DNA of 64,000 bases from SAR202 cluster bacterium (GTDB lineage: Bacteria; Chloroflexota; Dehalococcoidia; Lucifugimonadales; VGZR01), in assembly GCA_016872515.1 (NCBI GenBank), contig VGZR01000001.1, positions 80,475-144,474 on the forward strand, in the 5' to 3' direction. The translations under genes and the position numbers were made by a program. Shown one piece after another: positions 27,895 to 37,259 of this stretch; the first letter of the stretch is position 1, and every line of letters starts with the position of its first letter. The notes under the pieces were generated by a model. It did not search any database. It was not told where the DNA came from and worked only from the letters and a program-made list of their open reading frames with translations.

Positions 27895-28162
27895 GGCCGT
27901 GCTAGGCGGGGAGATAGCGGTGCCCTGTACTCGCAATCCGCTTTAGCGGGGCTGAACTCCCTCCAGAGGTCCGCCTTCGGAGGCCTCTTTCCTCGGATGT
28001 AGGTGTTGAGAGTTGGGTCCTACGCGGCGGAACCCTGTGAACCCCGTCAGGTCCGGAAGGAAGCAGCGGTAAGCAGTGTGTTTCGGGTGCCGTGGGTTCG
28101 CCTGACTTGAGCCGAATCTTAGGGAATGTTTTCGGATAGGATCGAAGCGGGGGTGCACGGCC
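27895..28162 (+). ncRNA. ffs: Signal recognition particle RNA, long Bacillus-type form with Alu domain (~268 nt)
   Basis: Domain IV core GTCAGGTCCGGAAGGAAGCAGC lies at 28046-28067. The 5' part GCTAGGCGGGGAGATAGCGGTGCCCTGTACTCGCAATCCGCTTTAGCGGGGCTGAA closely parallels B. subtilis scRNA as I remember it. Terminal helix GGCCGTGC (27895-27902) pairs perfectly with GCACGGCC (28155-28162). Confidence 0.9.
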
Positions 28163-28179
28163 GTCTCTTTGTCGCAGAG

Positions 28180-29034
28180 GTGCCCTCGACGCTGGAGAAC
28201 AAGCCCATCCCACATGCCGCGCCCTCGCGTCTCCCTAGGGCCAAGAAGTCGCTGGGGCAGCACTTCCTGGTGGACAGGGGTGTCCTGCGCCGTATCGTCG
28301 AGGCCGCCGACCTCTCGCCGGCCGATGTGGTCGTGGAGATTGGGCCAGGTCAAGGCCTGTTGACGCGCGAGCTTGCGGCCCAGGCGGGCCGCGTGATTGC
28401 CGTCGAGTTGGACGATGCTCTGGCAGCCAGGCTGATGGAGGAGTTCAAGAGCCAGCCTCACGTCTCGGTTATCCACGCCGATGCGAGGGAAGTGGATATC
28501 GAGGCGCTCGTAGAGCCGGGCACACCCTTTAAGCTCGTGGCCAACCTGCCGTACTACGCTGCGTCGCCCATCATCCGGCGTTTCCTCCGTGCGACCCATA
28601 AGCCCTCGCTCATGGTGGTCATGGTGCAGCGTGAGGTAGCGCGGGAGATGGCCGCGCAGCCGGACGAGATGGGGTTCCTTTCGCTGACGACCCAGCTCTA
28701 CGCTAAGCCGCGCCTCGTTTGCACTGTGCCCCCCGGCGCATTCCGTCCTCGCCCAAAGGTGGCCTCGGCGGTGCTCCGCCTGGACACCCTGCCCCGCCTC
28801 GCGCTGGACGTGGACCACGAAGAACGGTTCATAGAAATGGTCAGAGCGGGCTTCAGCGCGCCGCGCAAACAGCTCCACAACTGCATCCGAAAAGGGCTTG
28901 ACCTGCCGCCGGATGCGGTCGGCAAGATGCTGGCCGAGGCGGGCGTCGAGCCCACTCGCCGCGCCGAGACGCTCTCGATGGCCGAGTGGGGGGCACTGTA
29001 CCGCGCATTCAAACGCCTCGGACCCGCAGGGTAG
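28180..29034 (+). CDS. rsmA: 16S rRNA (adenine1518/1519-N6)-dimethyltransferase RsmA/KsgA
   Basis: LGQHFLVD, SAM motif VVEIGPGQGLLT, NLPYY. The ORF-track ATG at 28126 lies inside the SRP RNA, so the in-frame GTG at 28180 is the first possible start downstream of the RNA (24 aa before LGQHFL). Confidence 0.88.
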   Translation: MPSTLENKPIPHAAPSRLPRAKKSLGQHFLVDRGVLRRIVEAADLSPADVVVEIGPGQGLLTRELAAQAGRVIAVELDDALAARLMEEFKSQPHVSVIHADAREVDIEALVEPGTPFKLVANLPYYAASPIIRRFLRATHKPSLMVVMVQREVAREMAAQPDEMGFLSLTTQLYAKPRLVCTVPPGAFRPRPKVASAVLRLDTLPRLALDVDHEERFIEMVRAGFSAPRKQLHNCIRKGLDLPPDAVGKMLAEAGVEPTRRAETLSMAEWGALYRAFKRLGPAG

Positions 29035-29037
29035 GGG

Positions 29038-29907
29038 ATGGCTGTGTTGACGGTCAAGGCCTACGCCAAGGTGAACCTCACGCTGGAGGTGCTGGGGCGC
29101 CGCGACGACGGCTACCACGACATCGTCTCTATCATGCAGACGGTGGACCTGGCTGACACCCTGACGCTTGAAGATTCGGACGGCATCACGTTGGAGTGCG
29201 ACGACCCCACGCTGGCGGGGGCGGACAACCTGGCGCTCAAGGCCGCCCGGCTGCTCGCCGATGAGACTGGAGCGAAGCGCGGCGTACGCATCACCTTGCG
29301 CAAGGGCGTCCCGGTGGCCGCCGGTTTGGGGGGTGGCAGCGCCGACGCCGCGGCAGTCCTCCTTGGCCTCGACCGCCTCTGGAAACTGAAGCTGCCGCCT
29401 GAGCGGCTGTCGTCGTTGGCGGCCAAGCTCGGCTCCGACGTCCCGTTCTTCCTGCACGGCGGCACTGCGATGGTGCAGGGCAGGGGCGAGGTCGTGCGGC
29501 CCATGCCGCCTGCCGACATCAAGTGGCTTGTCGTCCTTACTCCCGCCATCAACATCCCATCCAAGACTGCTGCCCTGTATGCGCGGCTCACACAAGGCGA
29601 CTACACCCGAGGGATGCTGACCCGCAAGCTGGAGGCGCGCATCCGCGGTGGTGGCGACGTGCCCGCGCAGTTCCTCTACAACGCCTTCGATGCGGTGGCC
29701 CTCGTGGCCTTCTCAGGCCTGGAGGCCTACTGGAAAGCCTTTGAGTCCCTGGGCGCGCGTGAGGTGCATCTGGCTGGGGCCGGCCCCTCCATCTTCGCTC
29801 TTGTGCCGCAGAAAGAGGTCGGCACCGCGCTCGTGCTGCTGCTTCGCCACCGTGGATGGCAGGCCTACCTCGCCGCCCCAGCCCGTGCCCTAGAAAGCCA
29901 GCCGTGA
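29038..29907 (+). CDS. ispE: 4-diphosphocytidyl-2-C-methyl-D-erythritol kinase
   Basis: 289 aa. AYAKVNLTLEVLGRRDDGYHD and GHMP kinase motif VPVAAGLGGGSADAAA. Confidence 0.93.
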   Translation: MAVLTVKAYAKVNLTLEVLGRRDDGYHDIVSIMQTVDLADTLTLEDSDGITLECDDPTLAGADNLALKAARLLADETGAKRGVRITLRKGVPVAAGLGGGSADAAAVLLGLDRLWKLKLPPERLSSLAAKLGSDVPFFLHGGTAMVQGRGEVVRPMPPADIKWLVVLTPAINIPSKTAALYARLTQGDYTRGMLTRKLEARIRGGGDVPAQFLYNAFDAVALVAFSGLEAYWKAFESLGAREVHLAGAGPSIFALVPQKEVGTALVLLLRHRGWQAYLAAPARALESQP

Positions 29908-30317
29908 CCGCCGTCTTCGTCGGGCTCTACCTCGGCTTGCTCATGGCGTCAGTGTTCATCAGCCTCGGCGCCATCATGCTGTTCATGTACGTCAAGTCCC
30001 CCACGCCCACCTTCAGCGCCCTCTCCCGCCGGATGGCGCCGTCCAAGATGGTCATGGGGGGCATCATGTTCGCCTACCCCTTCTGGTCCATCCTCGGCAT
30101 CCTGGCAGGCTTCATGTACTGGAGCTTCTCCGGTGCGGCCCCTGGGCGGTGGCTCGCCAGCCCCAACGGCGCCTACACGGCAGCGGTCATCATCTTCGCG
30201 GTGATGGCCACTCTGCCGCTGCTCCTCGTGCTCAAGCGCGTCGCCCCGGGTGTGCTGGCCGTGGCCCTGGTCTTCGCCGGCCTCTACGGCTGGGCTTTGC
30301 CCTACTTCGCCGAATAA
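29904..30317 (+). CDS. Hypothetical integral membrane protein (about 4 TM helices)
   Basis: GTG 29904 overlaps the ispE stop (GTGA). Hydrophobic segments VFVGLYLGLLMASVFISLGAIMLFM, VMGGIMFAYPFWSILGILAGFMYW, AAVIIFAVMATLPLLLVL and VLAVALVFAGLYGWAL. Confidence 0.55.
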   Translation: MTAVFVGLYLGLLMASVFISLGAIMLFMYVKSPTPTFSALSRRMAPSKMVMGGIMFAYPFWSILGILAGFMYWSFSGAAPGRWLASPNGAYTAAVIIFAVMATLPLLLVLKRVAPGVLAVALVFAGLYGWALPYFAE

Positions 30318-30378
30318 GGCCGCTGCCCCGCGGCAGACCTGATACAATTGTTCGACTTTTCTTCTGGCAAAGTGTGAG

Positions 30379-33219
30379 ATGACCTTATTCGACCCAACGG
30401 TTCCCCCCCAGGACGAGGTCTGGGTCTCGCTCGACCTGGAAACGACCGGCCTTTCCCCCGATGCCGACGACATCATCGAGGTGGGCGCGGTCAAGTTCCA
30501 GGGTAAGCGGGTGCTGGACACGTTCGAGACCTTCGTGAACCCGCACCGTCGTCTGAGCGACTTCATCAAGCGGTACACAGGTATCCAACAGGCCGACGTG
30601 GACGGCGCCCCGCCGTTCTCGGTGGTATCGCCCAAACTGGCGGCCTTCGTCGGCGCCGCGCCGGTCGTCGGCCACAACGTCGGCTTCGATTTCGGCTTCC
30701 TGGCCGCCAAGGGGCTGCGTTTCCACAACACCCGCTCCGACACCTGGGACATGGCGTACGTGCTCCTCCCCCAAGCGCCTGAGTATTCGCTCTCCAAGGT
30801 GTCCGCGCAGCTGAAGGTCGCCCACCCGAGGCCGCACCGTGCCCTCGATGACGCCCAAGTGACCAAAGACCTGTTTCTCAAACTCACCGAGGAGTTTGGG
30901 CGCCTGGACATATTCGCGCTGGCGGAGATGGAGCGGCTGGCGTCGCGCTCGTCCTGGGTGTTGGACTACCAGCTTCGGCAGATGATGAAACAGAGATTGG
31001 CCGCGCGCGCCAGGCCAAGGGAGCCGGGCGGCGAGAGTGATATAGGCGCGGCAGCCGGGTTTGACGTCCGCGACATCAAACGGCGCGTCCCCTACACGCA
31101 GCCTTTGCGGGTAAACCAGTCCAACGCCAGGCTGGACGCCGATTTCGTGGCCTCCCTGTTCAGCGATGGTGGCCCGCTGGCCAAGGCGATGCCCGGCTTC
31201 GAGCACAGGTCGCAGCAGGTCGCGATGGCCCGCGCCGTCGCCCAGGTTGTGGACTCCGGCGGCAGACTCATCGTGGAGGCGGGCACGGGCGTCGGCAAGT
31301 CGCTCTCCTACCTGTTGCCTTCGGTGCTTTACGCCCTGGCCGCGGGCAAGCGAGTCGTGGTCTCCACCGACACCATCAACCTCCAGGAGCAGCTCCTGAA
31401 GAAGGACGTGCCGCTGCTGGTTAAGGTGCTGCAGGGCCTGTCCGGAGTGGCGGTGGACGACCTACGGTTCGCCCAGCTCAAGGGACGCGCCAACTACCTG
31501 TGCCTCAAACGCTTCACCCACATGCGCGGCGGCGAGGTCGTCACCGACAGCGAGGCGCGGCTGCTGGCGAAAGTGCTCGTCTGGCTAGGTGCCACGGCGA
31601 CAGGCGACCGGAGCGAACTTAACCTGTCCGACCGTGGCTCCGGCGCGATTTGGACACGGCTCTCGGCTCAAGGCGCCCGAGACTGCGACGGTGTGGGAGG
31701 CTTCTGCTTCCTGCGCGCGGCCAGGGACAGGGCAGGCGGCGCTCACCTCCTCATCGTCAACCATGCCCTGCTTATGGCCGACCTCAGCGCGGATGGCGCC
31801 CTACTGCCCAAGTACGACGTACTCATCGTGGACGAGGCCCACAACCTGGAGGAGGAGGCGACGCGGCACCTCGGCTTCGAGGTCTCCCAGGTCACTATCG
31901 AAGACCACCTCCAGTCCATCGGCGGCGACGGCGGGCTGATGCGGTCGGCGGTCGCAGCCTTCCGCACCTCGAAGGCGGCCGCAACCCGCGTCCCGACAGT
32001 GCAGGAGTTAGCCGCCGAAGCCACCTCAGAACTGCCCCGTCTCCGCGAGGCAATGGCTGCGATGTTCAGGGCCGTCTCCATCGGCGTGGCCGCTGAAGCG
32101 TCGGGCCACGGCCAGGACCAACGCGTGACCGCGTCCACCAGGTCACGCAAGGAGTGGTCCCAGGTGGAGGTCCTCTGGGAGAATGCGGACGTTCTGCTGG
32201 CGGACATAGGCAAGCAGGTCGCGAGATTGGAGTCGTCCCTGGATGGTCTGGAGCAAGCTGGCCTAGCTGACTACGAAGGCCTGCTTCTGGAGGTCGCGGC
32301 GGCGTCCGAGACGAACACGGAGCTCCGCCAGCACCTCGCCCAGTTCGTCTCCAGGCCGGAGAAGGACGGGGTCTATTGGGTGTCCAACTCCCCGCGCGGC
32401 GACTACATGACCCTCCACATGGCGCCTCTGAATGTTGGGGAGCACCTTGAGAAACGGCTCTACTCCGAGAAACGGGCCGTGGTGTTGACCAGCGCGACAC
32501 TCGCCGCCAACGGAGCTTTCACCCACGTGCGCGAACGCACGGGCTTCGCCGACGCCGAGGAACTCCTGCTCGGGTCGCCCTTCGACTACCCCAGCGCGGC
32601 CCTGCTGTGCGTGCCCAAGGACATGCCGGAGCCCAGCGCCTGGGCCTACCAGGCGGCGCTGGAGCAGGCTATCATGGACGCCGCGGCGACCGCCGGAGGG
32701 CGGACGATGGCCCTGTTCACCTCCTACGCCTCGCTCCAGGCCACCGCCGGCGCCGTTCGCGCCAACCTGGAGGCCAAGGGTCTGACCGTGTTGGCGCAGG
32801 GCGCTGACGGTACGCCGCATCAGATCGTCCGCAGCTATCTAGGGAACCCGAACTCGGTCATCCTCGGCACCGCCAGCTTCTGGGAGGGGGTGGACCTGTC
32901 TGCGGAGTCGCTGAAGGTGCTCCTGCTGGCGCGGCTGCCCTTCAACGTGCCGACCGAGCCGGTCTTCGCGGCCCGGTCGGAACTCTTCGAGGACCCATTC
33001 AACCAGTATGCAGTCCCCCAGGCCATCCTCCGTCTGCGCCAGGGGTTCGGCCGCCTCATCCGCAGCAAGTCAGACAAGGGCGTCGTGGTCATCATGGACA
33101 GCCGTGTCCTCTCCAAGCGGTACGGCAAGGCGTTCCTCGACTCGCTCCCGCCCAGCACGTTCAAGACGTGCCAACTCAATGAACTGCCGAAGCTCATCAA
33201 GGGCTGGGTCGGGCGCTAG
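30379..33219 (+). CDS. dinG: DinG-family ATP-dependent helicase fused to an N-terminal DnaQ-like 3'-5' exonuclease
   Basis: 946 aa. Exo motifs SLDLETTGL, GHNVGFD, HRALDDA. Helicase motifs EAGTGVGKS (Walker A), VLIVDEAHNLEE (DEAH), and a C-terminal helicase_C_2 region. Confidence 0.9.
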   Translation: MTLFDPTVPPQDEVWVSLDLETTGLSPDADDIIEVGAVKFQGKRVLDTFETFVNPHRRLSDFIKRYTGIQQADVDGAPPFSVVSPKLAAFVGAAPVVGHNVGFDFGFLAAKGLRFHNTRSDTWDMAYVLLPQAPEYSLSKVSAQLKVAHPRPHRALDDAQVTKDLFLKLTEEFGRLDIFALAEMERLASRSSWVLDYQLRQMMKQRLAARARPREPGGESDIGAAAGFDVRDIKRRVPYTQPLRVNQSNARLDADFVASLFSDGGPLAKAMPGFEHRSQQVAMARAVAQVVDSGGRLIVEAGTGVGKSLSYLLPSVLYALAAGKRVVVSTDTINLQEQLLKKDVPLLVKVLQGLSGVAVDDLRFAQLKGRANYLCLKRFTHMRGGEVVTDSEARLLAKVLVWLGATATGDRSELNLSDRGSGAIWTRLSAQGARDCDGVGGFCFLRAARDRAGGAHLLIVNHALLMADLSADGALLPKYDVLIVDEAHNLEEEATRHLGFEVSQVTIEDHLQSIGGDGGLMRSAVAAFRTSKAAATRVPTVQELAAEATSELPRLREAMAAMFRAVSIGVAAEASGHGQDQRVTASTRSRKEWSQVEVLWENADVLLADIGKQVARLESSLDGLEQAGLADYEGLLLEVAAASETNTELRQHLAQFVSRPEKDGVYWVSNSPRGDYMTLHMAPLNVGEHLEKRLYSEKRAVVLTSATLAANGAFTHVRERTGFADAEELLLGSPFDYPSAALLCVPKDMPEPSAWAYQAALEQAIMDAAATAGGRTMALFTSYASLQATAGAVRANLEAKGLTVLAQGADGTPHQIVRSYLGNPNSVILGTASFWEGVDLSAESLKVLLLARLPFNVPTEPVFAARSELFEDPFNQYAVPQAILRLRQGFGRLIRSKSDKGVVVIMDSRVLSKRYGKAFLDSLPPSTFKTCQLNELPKLIKGWVGR

Positions 33220-33221
33220 CC

Positions 33222-34070
33222 GTGCGCATCGCCGTGGACGGGCCGCTCGACCTGCAGGCTACGCTGGAGAGCGGACAGGCGTTCCGCTGGCGGCGCGAGG
33301 ACGGCTGGTACGGCGGCGTGGTCTTTAGCAATGCCGTGCTGCTGCGGCGGACGGCGCGCGGCATCGAGTTCCGCTCCACGCCAGAGGACGAAGAAGCCCT
33401 TGCTGAACACCTTGTTGACTACCTGGGCCTGTCCGACGACCTGGACGCCATCTACCGTTCCATCGCCGTGGACGAGCACCTGAAGGCAGCTATCCGGCGA
33501 TATCGCGGCATGCGCATCCTGCGCCAAGACCCCTGGGAATGCCTCGTTTCCTTCATCTGCTCTGCCTGGTCCAATGTGCATCGCGTCAGCGGCAACATCG
33601 AGGCCATCGCCTCCCGCTTCGGCGAGCCCGTTCACCAGGACGGCGGCACCCGACATGCCTTCCCATCTCCCAATGAGCTAGCGGCTGCTGATGAAGCCGC
33701 TCTGCGCATACTAGGACTGGGTTTCCGCGCCAAGTACGTACCGCATACCGCGGAACTGGTCGCCAGCGGCGAAGTCAATCTACTGACGCTGCGCGAGGCG
33801 TCGTATGACGACGCGCTGAGAGTGGTGTTGTCGCTTCCCGGCGTCGGCGACAAGGTCGCCAACTGCGTCCTGCTGTTTTCTCTCGACAAACGCGAGGCGT
33901 TCCCCGTGGACGTCTGGATCCAGCGGGTGCTGTGCGACTTGTACTTGGGCGGAGCCGGACGGAAGATGTCCACCAGAACGCTCCGCCTTTGGGCACAGGA
34001 CCACTTCGGCCCCTACGCCGGCTACGCCAACCACTACCTCTTCCATGACCGCCGCCTCGCCGCGAGGTAG
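33222..34070 (+). CDS. 8-oxoguanine DNA glycosylase/AP lyase (OGG1 family, HhH-GPD)
   Basis: GTG start lies 2 nt after the dinG stop. LESGQAFRW, ILRQDPWECLVSFICS, LPGVGDKVANCVLLFSL and FPVDVWI are OGG-type motifs. Confidence 0.85.
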   Translation: MRIAVDGPLDLQATLESGQAFRWRREDGWYGGVVFSNAVLLRRTARGIEFRSTPEDEEALAEHLVDYLGLSDDLDAIYRSIAVDEHLKAAIRRYRGMRILRQDPWECLVSFICSAWSNVHRVSGNIEAIASRFGEPVHQDGGTRHAFPSPNELAAADEAALRILGLGFRAKYVPHTAELVASGEVNLLTLREASYDDALRVVLSLPGVGDKVANCVLLFSLDKREAFPVDVWIQRVLCDLYLGGAGRKMSTRTLRLWAQDHFGPYAGYANHYLFHDRRLAAR

Positions 34071-34101
34071 GCCCGCGGCCCCGCCAGTGGGAGTGGTTGG
34101 C

Positions 34102-34863
34102 CTACTGAATGGTGAGACCGCTGTCTATGGAGAGGCTGGCACCGTTGACATAAGAGGCCTTGCCGGAGCATAGCCAGACGACGGCGCGGGCGACTTCGTC
34201 CGGCTTGGCCTCGCGGCCCAGCGGGTGTCCCTGGCGGACCTGCCGGCGCTTCGGCGTATCCACCCCGTACAGCCGGTCGAACATGGGGGTCGCCACACCA
34301 CCGGGGCAGACCGCGTTGACGCGGATGCCTTCCTTGGCGTACTCCAGCGCCGCCGCCTTCGTCAGCCCCAGCACGCCGTGCTTGCTTGCCGTGTAGGCCG
34401 TGAACGTCGGCGTGCCGATGAGGCCGTTGGCGGAGGCGACGTTGACGATGCTCCCGCCGCCCGTTTTGAGCATAGCCAGGATCTCCTGCTTCGTGCACAA
34501 CCACGCGCCGGTGAGGTTGACAGCCATCACCGTGTCCCAGTCCGCCTCGGAAACCTCGTGAATGAGCCTGCGCTCCCCCTCGAAGCCTGCGTTGTTACAG
34601 GCGCAGTCCAGCCTCCCGTACGCCTTCACGGCGCGGTCCACCAGCGCCGCCACCTGGTCAGGCTGAGAGACGTCGCACCGGACGAACGTCGCCTCGCCGC
34701 CGGCCTTCCGGATGGCGGCCACCGTCTGGTTGCCCGCCTTCTCGCCCCGTGCCGCTACGACGACCTTCGCTCCCTCGCGGGCCATCGCCTCCGCCGTCGC
34801 GCGGCCGATGCCCATGCTCCCGCCCGTTACGATAGCGACCTTGTTTTGGAGGAGTCCCGTCAC
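34102..34863 (-). CDS. Short-chain dehydrogenase/reductase, tandem paralogue 1 (last gene of the operon)
   Basis: GTG start at 34863 (VTGLLQNKVAIVTGGSMGIGRA). NNAG present, catalytic S...YTASK, VNAVCPG. Closest to paralogue 2. Confidence 0.88.
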   Translation of the reverse strand: MTGLLQNKVAIVTGGSMGIGRATAEAMAREGAKVVVAARGEKAGNQTVAAIRKAGGEATFVRCDVSQPDQVAALVDRAVKAYGRLDCACNNAGFEGERRLIHEVSEADWDTVMAVNLTGAWLCTKQEILAMLKTGGGSIVNVASANGLIGTPTFTAYTASKHGVLGLTKAAALEYAKEGIRVNAVCPGGVATPMFDRLYGVDTPKRRQVRQGHPLGREAKPDEVARAVVWLCSGKASYVNGASLSIDSGLTIQ

Positions 34864-34877
34864 TGTTCCCTGCCTGC

Positions 34878-35639
34878 CTACCGCGCGACGGCTGCGCCGT
34901 CGAGAAGAAGGGCACTCCCGTTCACGTATGACGACCTGGCAGAGCACAGCCAGACCACCGGCTCGGCGACCTCCTCCGGCGTTCCTTCCCGGCCGATGGG
35001 GCGTCGTGCGTTGATCGCCTCCCTCGACAGGGGGCTAGCGGCCACGATTCGGTTCAGCATCTCCGTCGTCGTCCCCGCCGGGCACACAGCATTGATGCGG
35101 ATGCCGTCCTTGGCATACTCCAGCGCCGCCGCCTTGGTCAGCCCGATGACTGCCCACTTGCTCGCGGCGTACGCAGCATAGAAAGAAGACCCGACGACTC
35201 CAGCATTCGAGGACATATTGACGATGACCCCGCCGCCCTGTTTGACCATCTGGGGCAACTCGTACTTCATGCTGAGCCAGACGCCTTTGAGGTTCACGTC
35301 CATGACCTCGTCCCACACCTCGACGGGCAGGTCCGCGATACGGAACCTGGATCCTTCGAAGCCAGCGTTGTTGAAGGCGCAGTCGAGCCTGCCATAAGTC
35401 TCGACGGTCGCCCTGACCAGCGCCTCTATCTCTTGCGGCCTGGTCACGTCACAGCGCACGAACACCGCCTCGCCGCCCTTCTTTCGGATTGCCTCAACCG
35501 TCTCGTGCCCGGCCTCTTCCCCGCGCGCCGAGACGACCACTTTCGCACCTTCGCGTGCCATCGCCAGCGCGGTCGCGCGTCCGAGGCCCTTGTTGCCGCC
35601 GGTGATGAGAGCGACTTTGTCCTGGAGGAGTCCTACCAT
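34878..35639 (-). CDS. Short-chain dehydrogenase/reductase, tandem paralogue 2
   Basis: 253 aa. ITGGNKGLGRA, NNAG, YAASK, INAVCPAG. Confidence 0.9.
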   Translation of the reverse strand: MVGLLQDKVALITGGNKGLGRATALAMAREGAKVVVSARGEEAGHETVEAIRKKGGEAVFVRCDVTRPQEIEALVRATVETYGRLDCAFNNAGFEGSRFRIADLPVEVWDEVMDVNLKGVWLSMKYELPQMVKQGGGVIVNMSSNAGVVGSSFYAAYAASKWAVIGLTKAAALEYAKDGIRINAVCPAGTTTEMLNRIVAASPLSREAINARRPIGREGTPEEVAEPVVWLCSARSSYVNGSALLLDGAAVAR

Positions 35640-35645
35640 CCGGTA

Positions 35646-36407
35646 CTATTGCGCGGTGAACGTGCCGTCCACCACCATCGGATGGCCGTGCACGAACGAC
35701 GCCGCATCGCTGCACAGCCAGACCACCGCCTCCGCGATCTCCTCCGGCTGCCCGTAGCGGCCCAGTGGCACCGTCTTTAGCATCTCCTCTTTGCTTCCTG
35801 GGAACTGGTCCCAGTACTTCTGGTTCAGTGGCGTCTCGAAGATGCCTGGGCAGACCGCGTTGACACGGATGCCCTTGCGGGCGTACTCCAGCGCCGCCGT
35901 CTTCGTCAGCCCCAGGACGCCGTGCTTGCTCGCCACATAGGCCGACAGCCCGCCCATGGCCACCAGCCCCACGATGGAGGCCGTGTTCACGATGCAGCCG
36001 CCGCCCTGCCTGAGCATCTGTGGGATTTCGTACTTCATCCCCAGCCACACGCTCTTGAGGTTGATGGCGATGGTCCGGTCGAACTCATCCTCGGTGTACT
36101 CGTCGGTGGTCTTCCCGAGGCCGCCGATGCCGGCGTTGTTGAAGGCGCAGTCCAGCCGCTTGTACTTCTTCACCGTCGCCTTGACCATGGCCTCCACCTC
36201 AGCCGCCTTCGAGACGTCCGTCTTGATGGCGATGGCGTCGCCGCCCGTATCCTCGATCAGGTGCGCCGTCTGCTCGGCGGTCTGCAGGTTGATGTCCGCA
36301 CACACCACCTTCGCGCCGTCGCGGGCGAACAGCAGCGACGTCGCGCGGCCGAACCCCGACCCCGCGCCGGTCACAAGGGCTACTTTCCCTTCGAACTCTC
36401 CTGCCAT
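35646..36407 (-). CDS. Short-chain dehydrogenase/reductase, tandem paralogue 3
   Basis: 253 aa. VTGAGSGFGRA, NNAG, YVASKHG, VNAVCPG, WLCSDAASFVHGH. Closest to paralogue 4. Confidence 0.9.
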   Translation of the reverse strand: MAGEFEGKVALVTGAGSGFGRATSLLFARDGAKVVCADINLQTAEQTAHLIEDTGGDAIAIKTDVSKAAEVEAMVKATVKKYKRLDCAFNNAGIGGLGKTTDEYTEDEFDRTIAINLKSVWLGMKYEIPQMLRQGGGCIVNTASIVGLVAMGGLSAYVASKHGVLGLTKTAALEYARKGIRVNAVCPGIFETPLNQKYWDQFPGSKEEMLKTVPLGRYGQPEEIAEAVVWLCSDAASFVHGHPMVVDGTFTAQ

Positions 36408-36445
36408 GAGACCCTCCTCAGAATCTGGCTTTCTATTTCAAGCTG

Positions 36446-37216
36446 TTACTGCGCAGTCCAGGCACCGTCAACGACCATCGTGTGGCCGTGGACGAACGAG
36501 GCCGCGTCCGAGCACAGCCAGACCACCACCTCGGCGATCTCCGGTGTCTGCCCGTAGCGGCCAAGGGGCGTCCGAGCGATGTTGCGCGCCACCAAGTCCG
36601 GGTTGATCTTCGCATAACGTATGTTCATCGGCGTCTCGATGACGCCGGGGCAGATGGCGTTGACGCGCACGCCGTGTTTCGCGTACTCCAGCGATGCCGT
36701 CCGCGTCAGCCCGACGACGCCGTGCTTGCTCGCCACGTAGGCCGCCGACCCTTCGATGCCCGTCACCCCCATGATGGACGAGGTGTTCACGATGCAACCG
36801 CCGCCGTTCTTGAGCATCTGCGGTATTTCGTACTTGATGCACAGCCAGACGCCCTTGAGGTTGATGGCGATAGTGCGGTCGAAGTCCTCCTCCTTGTGGA
36901 GGTCTATAGGGGTGCCCATGCTACCCACGCCGGCGTTGTTGAAGGCGCAGTCCAGCCGACGGTACTTCTTGACGGCTGCACCGACTGCCGTCTCGACCTC
37001 GGCCGCTTTCGACACGTCGGCTTTCACCGCGACGGCCTGGCCGCCACCCTTCTCGATAGTGTTTGCAGTCTCCTCCGCCGAGGCGGCGTTGAGGTCCACC
37101 ACCACAACCTTCGCACCCTCGCGGGCGAACGCCAGCGCCGTCGTCTGGCCGATGCCGGAGCCGCCTCCGGTCACCAGCGCGACCCTCCCCTCGAACTCCC
37201 TCATAGTCTTCGCCAT
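36446..37216 (-). CDS. Short-chain dehydrogenase/reductase, tandem paralogue 4
   Basis: Start at ATG 37216 (MAKTMREFEGRVALVTGGGSGIG); the ORF-track extension to 37351 looks non-coding. NNAG, YVASKHG, VNAICPG. Confidence 0.88.
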   Translation of the reverse strand: MAKTMREFEGRVALVTGGGSGIGQTTALAFAREGAKVVVVDLNAASAEETANTIEKGGGQAVAVKADVSKAAEVETAVGAAVKKYRRLDCAFNNAGVGSMGTPIDLHKEEDFDRTIAINLKGVWLCIKYEIPQMLKNGGGCIVNTSSIMGVTGIEGSAAYVASKHGVVGLTRTASLEYAKHGVRVNAICPGVIETPMNIRYAKINPDLVARNIARTPLGRYGQTPEIAEVVVWLCSDAASFVHGHTMVVDGAWTAQ

Positions 37217-37259
37217 CTGTCCTCTTGCCTTCCCCAACAGCAATCGTATCGCCCTATCG

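Noticed and set aside
28126-28179. ATG 28126 as the start of ksgA/rsmA (ORF-track start).
   Set aside because: These codons fall inside the 3' third of the SRP RNA, whose terminal helix ends at 28162. GTG 28180 gives a normal-length KsgA N-terminus.
27943-29595. 550-aa minus-strand ORF, the longest ORF in this part of the track.
   Set aside because: It lies antisense to the SRP RNA, rsmA(ksgA) and ispE, all of which have clear family motifs. Its translation is Arg/Gly/Leu-rich with no motif. This is a typical shadow ORF of GC-rich DNA.
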